Sequence record: DRR723986_5691
Length of the DNA stretch: 20,000 nt
Reading direction: 5' to 3' (one strand)
Shown in pieces: positions 15,972 to 20,000 of this stretch (its first letter is position 1; the number at the start of each line of letters is the position of its first letter). The notes beneath the pieces are model-generated. The model was not told the origin of the DNA. It ran no database searches and saw nothing but the letters and a program-made list of their open reading frames with translations. A program made the translations under genes and the position numbers.

Positions 15972-17234
15972 TTATTCGAAAACGGCGCCCGGGTTGTCCA
16001 GGCTGTCGGAACCTTCAAACGCGATATCGTCGAGTTCAAGCACCTTGACGACCCGCTCGATGGAAGCCGTCTGGTCAACCAGTGCATCGACAGCGGCCTG
16101 CACGACGGCGTTGCCCTCGTCATTGCCTTCGCCGATCATCTGGTCATAGGCTTCGCCGCCTTCGGCCCGGGCCTTCATGGCTTCGAAAGCTGCCAGCGTG
16201 GCGTCGAGCTTCGTCTTCATTTCTTCCGCCAGCGCCGGATCCTTTTCCGCCACCAGATCGGCCAGGGACGCACCGGAAACATCGTTGCCGACCGGGCTCT
16301 TGTAAGACCCGAAATAGACGTTCCGGATGCCGACCACGTCGTTGTAGTGCGACATGTGGGTGTTGTCGGAGAAGCAGTCATGCTCTTCTTCCGGATCATG
16401 CAGCATAAGGCCAAGCTTGATGCGCTCACCGGCCAGTTCGCCATAGGAAAGAGACCCCATGCCGGTCAGGATGGTAGCAAGACCACCGGCCTCGCCCTTG
16501 CCGGCCAGCTCTTCGCGCGCAGCCCCGTCAGGAGCCCAGGCATTGGCCATTTCTTCAAGATCCGAAATCAGAAGATCGGTTGCGGCCTGCAGATACTGAA
16601 TGCGGCGCTCGCAATTGCCACCGGTGCAGTTTGCCGGATCAAAGTCGGTGGCAGGGCGGTTGCCGGCACCAGCTTCGGTGCCGTTGAGGTCCTGACCCCA
16701 CAGCAGGAATTCGATGGCGTGGTAGCCGGTCGCAACGTTCGTTTCCACTTCGCCGGCTTCCTGCAGGGATTCAGCAAGCAGGGTCGGCGTGATTTCGGTG
16801 GCATCTATGGTTTCACCACCGACCTTGAGTGTCGGATTTGCAATCACGTTGGCGACGTAGAGATCGTTTTCTTCAGATTCATCACCGTAGGACGCGTCGA
16901 CATAGTCGATCAGGCCTTCGTCGAGTGGCCAGGCATTCACCTTGCCTTCCCAATCGTCGACAATGGCGTTGCCGAAACGGTACGCTTCTGTCTGCTGGTA
17001 AGGGTCGCGTGCTTCCTTCCAGGCGGTGCGCGCGGCTTCCAGGTTTGCTTCGGTCGGCTCAGCTACGAGCTTGTCGATCGCGGATTTGAGCGTCTTGGCC
17101 GTTGCGAGTGAGTCCGCATATTTCGCCTGGGCGATGTCGCCGTAGGTCGACAGAACGTCGGAAGGTGCTGCAGCCAGGGCCGGTGTGACGAAAAGGGCAG
17201 AAGCGGCCAGAAGGCCAAGCTTGAAAGTATTCAT
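15972..17234 (-). CDS. Imelysin / iron-regulated protein A (IrpA/IcmP-like), 420 aa
   Basis: Signal peptide (..PALA), YQQTEAYRF, VNAWPLDEGLIDYV, GxHxxE motif GYHAIEFLLWGQD, ELAGER, EEEHDCFSDNT. Confidence 0.93.
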   Translation of the reverse strand: MNTFKLGLLAASALFVTPALAAAPSDVLSTYGDIAQAKYADSLATAKTLKSAIDKLVAEPTEANLEAARTAWKEARDPYQQTEAYRFGNAIVDDWEGKVNAWPLDEGLIDYVDASYGDESEENDLYVANVIANPTLKVGGETIDATEITPTLLAESLQEAGEVETNVATGYHAIEFLLWGQDLNGTEAGAGNRPATDFDPANCTGGNCERRIQYLQAATDLLISDLEEMANAWAPDGAAREELAGKGEAGGLATILTGMGSLSYGELAGERIKLGLMLHDPEEEHDCFSDNTHMSHYNDVVGIRNVYFGSYKSPVGNDVSGASLADLVAEKDPALAEEMKTKLDATLAAFEAMKARAEGGEAYDQMIGEGNDEGNAVVQAAVDALVDQTASIERVVKVLELDDIAFEGSDSLDNPGAVFE

Positions 17235-17347
17235 TGATCCATCCCGTAATATGTGTCGCCCGCAGTGCGCGTGGACCGTCTCTGGGCGAAACCTGAGTGA
17301 TTTTGTGGCGCGGAAACACGCGCCGCAGGGAGAGGGAAACCATTTCA

Positions 17348-17362
17348 TGAGGCAGGAAGTCA
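17348..17362. promoter_or_regulatory. IRO / Iron-Rhodo-box-like site (TGA-N9-TCA)
   Basis: TGA-GGCAGGAAG-TCA overlapping a minus-strand TTGACT -35-like hexamer upstream of the iron operon; short motif, so chance is possible. Confidence 0.45.
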
Positions 17363-17388
17363 AGTTATAATTCCAAAAAAATCAATAG

Positions 17389-17405
17389 TTTAGAACAGTT
17401 CCAAA
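17389..17405. promoter_or_regulatory. Iron control element (ICE, Irr-binding site)
   Basis: TTTAGAA-CAG-TTCCAAA matches TTTRGAA-N3-TTCYAAA with no mismatch, upstream of an iron-uptake operon. Confidence 0.85.
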
Positions 17406-17542
17406 AAGTTGACTTATAAATGCCGGATTTGATTCCCATCTCAAAGTCTTAAAGCCGACATCAACCCTTTGATGGTAAAGAGGGAATGGTATAGCAATAA
17501 AAGCCGGCCTGTTTGGGGGGCCAGGCAACAGGAACGACAGAC

Positions 17543-18019
17543 ATGCTCAATGCGCTGAAAAGTTTTGTTCGGGAGCTGACCTTTGGTGACAGCGGAGAAA
17601 AGACCTTCGCCGAAGACGACAAGCGCCTGGCTGCGGCGGCTCTCTTGTTTCACCTGATCGATATCGACGGCGTGATCGAGGAAAGCGAAAGCTCGAAGCT
17701 GCGGGAAATCCTGCGCAAGCACTATGACCTGACGGACAAGGAAACGACCGAACTGATCGCCGCCGCCAAGCAGCGCGACGAGGAAGCGGTCGATCTGTAC
17801 GGCTTCACATCGGTGCTGAAGCGCACAACCGACGAGGAAGAGCGCCTCGCGATCGTCGAGATGATGTGGGAAATCGTCTATGCCGACGGCCACGTGCACG
17901 AGTTCGAGGACAACACAATCTGGCGGGTTGCCGAACTTCTCGGGGTCTCCACACGCGATCGCATGACCCTGCGCCACAAGGTTGCCCAGACTGCCCCGGA
18001 GACCGACGAACTGGACTGA
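17543..18019 (+). CDS. TerB-family (tellurite-resistance-like) protein
   Basis: LAAAALL..IDGVIEESE and EMMWEIVYADGHVHEFE...VAELLG, the repeated ADG-x4-E TerB pattern. Confidence 0.88.
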   Translation: MLNALKSFVRELTFGDSGEKTFAEDDKRLAAAALLFHLIDIDGVIEESESSKLREILRKHYDLTDKETTELIAAAKQRDEEAVDLYGFTSVLKRTTDEEERLAIVEMMWEIVYADGHVHEFEDNTIWRVAELLGVSTRDRMTLRHKVAQTAPETDELD

Positions 18020-18053
18020 TCGCCCACGCGATAATCAGCCGGGACGCGTATTT

Positions 18054-18869
18054 ATGCAGGATGAAGTGGCAACGGGACTCGATTTTCGTGCCGACCTCCC
18101 TCATATTAAGTCCATGCTTTTTCAGTCCGATCCCGTGAAGAACCGACCGAAAGTCCTGATTGTCCTGCATCAGGAGCATTCCTCGCCCGGACGAGTGGGC
18201 CTTGAGCTTGTAAAGCGCGGCTTCGCGCTGGACATCCGCAAGCCTCGGTTCGGCGACCTTCTCCCCGACACTATGGAAAACCATGCCGGCGCCGTCATTT
18301 TCGGCGGCCCGATGAGCGCCAACGATCCCGATGCCTTCATTCAAAAGGAAATCGACTGGATCGGTGTTCCGCTTGCCGAGGAAAAACCCTTTCTCGGCAT
18401 CTGCCTTGGTGCGCAGATGATGGTCAAGCATATGGGCGGCACAGTCACGGGCCATCATGAGAGCCTGGTTGAGATCGGCTATTATCCGCTGCAGCCGACC
18501 GAGGCAGGCAAATCCCTGATGGACTGGCCGAAAAAGGTCTATCAATGGCATCGGGAAGGGTTCAACCTGCCCCGCGGCGCCGATCTGCTGGCCTCCGGAC
18601 CGACTTATCCGAACCAGGCGATCCGCGTCGGGTCTTGCGGCTACGGCATCCAGTTTCACCCGGAACTGACCCACCAGATGATGGTCCGCTGGACGACCAA
18701 GGGCGCCCCGCGCATGGAGCTGCCCGGCGCCCAGCAACGCCGCGACCATTTTGCCGGACGCTTCGTTTACGATCCCGCTGTTCGGAAATGGCTCGACCGT
18801 TTTCTGGACCTCTGGATCGGCACGGCCGCCGCCCCGGTTTGCCACGGCATGTTGAAGGCAGCGGAATAA
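18054..18869 (+). CDS. Class I glutamine amidotransferase-like protein
   Basis: FGGPMSAND, nucleophile elbow GICLGAQ, YQWH, QFHPE; start uncertain (18054 or 18114). Confidence 0.9.
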   Translation: MQDEVATGLDFRADLPHIKSMLFQSDPVKNRPKVLIVLHQEHSSPGRVGLELVKRGFALDIRKPRFGDLLPDTMENHAGAVIFGGPMSANDPDAFIQKEIDWIGVPLAEEKPFLGICLGAQMMVKHMGGTVTGHHESLVEIGYYPLQPTEAGKSLMDWPKKVYQWHREGFNLPRGADLLASGPTYPNQAIRVGSCGYGIQFHPELTHQMMVRWTTKGAPRMELPGAQQRRDHFAGRFVYDPAVRKWLDRFLDLWIGTAAAPVCHGMLKAAE

Positions 18870-18928
18870 CCGGCGTTTCAGACCCGATACCCCGGCAAGA
18901 CATTGCTTTAACGAGACCCTGAACTGCC

Positions 18929-18977
18929 TCCACCGTCATTCCGGACAAGCAAGGCGAAGCGGTGCGCAGATCCGGAA
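18929..18977 (+). repeat. REP-like palindromic repeat, copy 1
   Basis: TCCACCGTCATTCCGGACAAG-N15-CGCAGATCCGGAA; the 21-bp and 13-bp ends are identical to 19934-19982. Confidence 0.8.
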
Positions 18978-19224
18978 CGACAGTGACGGGGTTCAGGCGC
19001 CTCGAATTCTGCAACAATTGTCACCGCCACCCCCTGCGCGTCTCACCTCGGGTGACAGACGAAAGAGTAACAAAAGTCGCCCCAGATAATTCCGAACGGC
19101 TTTTGAAATGACTGTCGCAAGCACCCAATCTTTTAATGACGCCGATTGCGCAACTCTTGCGAATAAGGCTGTCTATGCGGCGAAACAGAAACCACAAGCT
19201 TCTGGCAATCATTCAGGAGCGGGA

Positions 19225-19725
19225 GTGACACACGCTTTGGGCCGTCCAGCAATTCACCTTCACAACGCCAGGCCCGAAGAAACAGAAACCCTGGCTCGTA
19301 TTGGCCTGGAGGCCTGGCTGAAGGGCATTGCCCCTCTTGTCCCGGACGGAGCCCGTCAGGAGATCCTTGCTGACAATCCATTTATTCCCTTTCTTAAATC
19401 ATTCGGGCCTGCGGTGATCGTCGGAACAATCAACGGCGAACCTGCAGGCATCGGCGCCTGCGAACACACCGAGGACACCATCTCTGACATCTGGGTCGCT
19501 CCTGCGTTCGAGGGGCTCGGTGTTGGGACAGCCTTGGTCAGATCACTTGAAACAGAGATCCTCAACCGTGGTCACCCTGTTGCCTACATCCAGGTTGCCG
19601 CGCTCAACAGCCGCGCCTTTAGCCTGTACCGCCATCTAGGATATCGGGAAGAATGGCGGCAGATGAGCTTCGATCCGATCCTGAAGGTAGAGATGGAAAA
19701 AGTTGGACTATCGAAACAGCTCTAG
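19225..19725 (+). CDS. GNAT-family N-acetyltransferase
   Basis: ISDIWVAPAFEGLGVGTALV (acetyl-CoA motif A), NSRAFSLYRHLGY; GTG start 5 nt after AGGAG. Confidence 0.88.
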   Translation: MTHALGRPAIHLHNARPEETETLARIGLEAWLKGIAPLVPDGARQEILADNPFIPFLKSFGPAVIVGTINGEPAGIGACEHTEDTISDIWVAPAFEGLGVGTALVRSLETEILNRGHPVAYIQVAALNSRAFSLYRHLGYREEWRQMSFDPILKVEMEKVGLSKQL

Positions 19726-19880
19726 CCCTTGGCCAAGCGAAAATCGGAGCAGTTCCTAGGACAACATTCGAAGTAACTCGACTATCGTCTCTTGTTACCC
19801 CACACACGTTTTCACAGGAGACGCGGGCAGTGCCCCAGAAAAAGACAGGGCTAGACGCAATGTGCATCTGCCCGGGAATA

Positions 19881-19920
19881 CTGGATCCCGGGTCTGCGCT
19901 ACGCTTCGCCCGGGATGACA
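19881..19920 (-). repeat. REP-like palindromic repeat, inverted variant copy
   Basis: Minus strand TGTCATCCCGGGCGAAGCGTAGCGCAGACCCGGGATCCAG has the same GTCAT-stem...GCAGA-stem-ATCCAG layout. Confidence 0.75.
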
Positions 19921-19933
19921 ATCGAGAGGCACA

Positions 19934-19988
19934 TCCACCGTCATTCCGGACAAGTGCAGCGAGGCTGCACGCAGATCCGGAATCCAGC
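19934..19988 (+). repeat. REP-like palindromic repeat, copy 2
   Basis: TCCACCGTCATTCCGGACAAGTGCAGCGAGGCTGCACGCAGATCCGGAATCCAG with internal GTGCAGC/GCTGCAC hairpin. Confidence 0.8.
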
Positions 19989-20000
19989 GCATCTGCGTGA

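Noticed and set aside
18929-20000. CRISPR array or IS interpretation of the repeats
   Set aside because: Only three copies, mixed orientation, irregular spacing, and no cas or transposase gene in the window.
19653-20000. ORFs 19653-20000 (+), 19619-19921 (-), 19795-19992 (-)
   Set aside because: They run through REP-like palindromes, with no recognisable protein features.

Overview
GC-rich, apparently chromosomal alphaproteobacterial DNA; gene content is Hyphomicrobiales/Roseibium-Labrenzia-like (inference). In order: (1) 3' half of a C-P lyase operon, phnI(end)-fosX-phnJ-phnK-phnL-[Pho box]-DUF1045-phnM-phnN; (2) a small accessory block: orphan helical protein, tandem winged-helix regulator divergent from a VOC protein, and a translationally coupled group I truncated haemoglobin + PAS/coiled-coil/class III adenylate cyclase pair; (3) a long AsmA-family gene; (4) a four-gene imelysin/di-haem cytochrome c/imelysin/DUF1513 iron-uptake operon with an Irr ICE box upstream; (5) TerB-like and class I glutamine amidotransferase genes; (6) a GNAT gene bracketed by REP-like palindromic repeats. 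The best candidate for an uncharacterised system is the globin + cyclase pair, which looks like a soluble-guanylate-cyclase-like gas/redox sensor split into two genes, with ATP-type specificity residues. All calls come from motif recognition by eye; no database search was run.
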